From: Pirellula staleyi DSM 6068
Lineage (GTDB): Bacteria; Planctomycetota; Planctomycetia; Pirellulales; Pirellulaceae
Reading direction: 5' to 3'
DNA length: 32,000 bases
Assembly: GCA_000025185.1 (NCBI GenBank)
Contig: CP001848.1
Coordinates: 5,550,001-5,582,000, forward strand
A program made the position numbers and the translations under genes. The number at the start of each line of letters is the position of its first letter. Position 1 is the stretch's first letter. Under the pieces are notes generated by a model. That model did not search any database, had not been told where the DNA came from, and saw only the letters and a list, made by a program, of their open reading frames with translations. This document shows positions 30,975-32,000 of the stretch, piece by piece.

Positions 30975-31493
30975 ATGCGACCCAGTCCGACCGAAACCAC
31001 TCCCCCAGCAACCCGCACGAGGAATGGCGACAGTGGTTCTCCCCTGCTCGCGGCCGGTGCGGTGGCCAGCCCAACGAATGTGGCAGCCGAGCCCCAGCGG
31101 TGGTGGAGTTTGTCGCGTCGCGATCAGTGTTTGGTGTTCGCTGGGCTCGCAGCTGGAGCGCTGCTGCTCGCCTATCAATGGACACATGCTGGCGATCGTA
31201 TCGATTTTGAGACCCAGCCCCTGGTGGTTCTCGATTTCAAACTCGATATCAACGGGGCCGATTGGCCCGAGCTATGCCTCCTGCCCGGAGTGGGGGAATC
31301 GCTGGCGCAGAGCATTGTGGAAGACCGCCAGCGTCGCGGCCCGTTTGCCTCGCATGAAGATCTGCTGCGTGTCCGTAAGCTCGGTCCGAAAACGCTCGCA
31401 GCGATTCGTCCGTATCTACTGCCGCTCGAGGAGAGCCAGGGGCCGAATGCGGCTGAAGTTGGTGGAGCCTCGCCCCCCAACCTTGTAGACTAG
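30975..31493 (+). CDS. ComEA-family helix-hairpin-helix DNA-binding protein
   Basis: One hydrophobic anchor (CLVFAGLAAGALLLAY), then LDINGADWPELCLLPGVGESLAQSIVEDRQRRGPFASHEDLLRVRKLGPKTLAAIRPYL, a typical ComEA C-terminal (HhH)2 module. The exact start is uncertain. Confidence 0.7.
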   Translation: MRPSPTETTPPATRTRNGDSGSPLLAAGAVASPTNVAAEPQRWWSLSRRDQCLVFAGLAAGALLLAYQWTHAGDRIDFETQPLVVLDFKLDINGADWPELCLLPGVGESLAQSIVEDRQRRGPFASHEDLLRVRKLGPKTLAAIRPYLLPLEESQGPNAAEVGGASPPNLVD

Positions 31494-31638
31494 AGAGTCT
31501 AGTCGAGCCGAAAAAAGTGCGTCGCTCGAGCAGCATGGCCGGGATCGCAATAAGTCGACCCCCGCGCTGCGAAGTAAGCATGACGAGCATGCTCGGGCGA
31601 CGCCGAGGCGGTTTTCCATTCGTGGACAGGGGCGAGCA

Positions 31639-32000
31639 GTGAACGGAACGTGGTTTTTTCATCATGGCGGGCAGGACTATGGACCCGTTTCGACCGAGCA
31701 GCTGTCGCAGTTGCTCGCCGCAGGTCAGCTGACCCCCGAGCATCCGGTGCGCCGCGCCAGCGATGCGCAGTGGATGCCCGCCGCAAGTTTTGCCGAGCTC
31801 CGCTCGAGCGCTGCACCGGCGGCAGCAGCCGCTTCTGAAACCAAAGCCAAACCGCCGGTCAAAAAACCGCCGCAGCGTGTGGCTCCTGCTCCGCCACCAC
31901 CTCCACCGCCGGCAGCAGCACCTCCCGCAGCGATGGCGCCGCGCCCGGTTGCTCCAATGGCGATGCCCCTGCCGCCCGGAGCTATTCCGGCCGGTGGCGC
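31639..32000 (+). CDS. GYF_2 (DUF4339) domain protein with Pro-rich region, N-terminal part (runs off the right edge)
   Basis: Absent from the ORF track because it has no in-window stop. From GTG 31639 it reads (M)NGTWFFHHGGQDYGPVSTEQLSQLLAAGQLTPEHPVRRASDAQWMPAASFAELRSS…KPPVKKPPQRVAPAPPPPPPPAAAPPAAMAP…. The W-[FY]-[FY]…G…GP…L…L…G.L…WMPA pattern is that of GYF_2. The nearest upstream in-frame stop is at 31486-31488, and no ATG lies between it and the GTG. Confidence 0.6.
   Translation, partial: MNGTWFFHHGGQDYGPVSTEQLSQLLAAGQLTPEHPVRRASDAQWMPAASFAELRSSAAPAAAAASETKAKPPVKKPPQRVAPAPPPPPPPAAAPPAAMAPRPVAPMAMPLPPGAIPAGG

Noticed and set aside
30920-31210. 96-aa ORF (MKNCAFKDYPLHATGP…) and the antisense ORFs 30936-31187 and 30952-31185 in the EAL/ComEA divergent region.
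   Set aside because: They overlap the ComEA-family frame, which carries the recognisable HhH module. Their composition is Arg/Ser/Trp-rich and there is no supporting signal.
31650-31838. 62-aa plus-strand track ORF (MVFSSWRAGLW…), plus the minus-strand ORFs 31249-31743 and 31499-31816.
   Set aside because: The frame starting at GTG 31639 gives a clean GYF_2-type domain followed by a poly-Pro region and stays open to the window end. The listed alternatives are Arg/Ala-rich shadows.

Overview
High-GC bacterial chromosomal segment; lines I counted by hand were about 60% GC, apart from one ~47% islet. The gene content looks like Planctomycetota, probably Pirellulales: PVC-type haem-binding giant secreted proteins, a sulfatase, an ECF sigma/anti-sigma pair, scattered flagellar genes and a GYF_2 protein. 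I support 24 protein-coding genes (two run off the window edges and are absent from the ORF track), one tRNA-Arg(UCU), several hairpin terminators, one pair of inverted palindromic repeats and one tandem coding repeat.

Left to right:
- partial hypothetical gene
- Ala/Pro/Glu-repeat lipoprotein
- 640-nt non-coding gap
- ECF sigma factor with a putative anti-sigma, then a small secreted protein
- low-GC DUF4279 gene next to tRNA-Arg
- minus-strand run of mog, sulfatase, a 1237-aa HExxH/DUF2341-LamG/SASA-esterase protein and a 1338-aa dihaem-cytochrome/LamG/beta-propeller protein
- small Pro-tailed membrane protein, minimal HisKA_3 kinase and xylA
- degenerate CehA/McbA-like protein
- haloalkane-dehalogenase-like hydrolase, CitG-like and PTPS/QueD-like genes
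- Amt-fused hybrid histidine kinase, CheX and FliG
- mutS
- FHA-EAL phosphodiesterase
- ComEA-like protein
- partial GYF_2 protein

I saw no CRISPR array, transposase, integrase, phage gene or recognisable defence gene.

The best candidate for something undescribed is the co-directional block of Amt-hybrid kinase, CheX and stand-alone FliG, preceded by a sigma-54-like promoter. It could be a chemoreceptor-independent route from ammonium to the flagellar motor. Secondary leads are the CitG-like/PTPS-like pair (pterin or methanopterin-type cofactor chemistry), the chimeric giant secreted enzymes beside the sulfatase, the FHA-EAL fusion and a MITE/BIME-like inverted repeat pair. All functional calls rest on motifs read by eye from the translations; no database search was possible.
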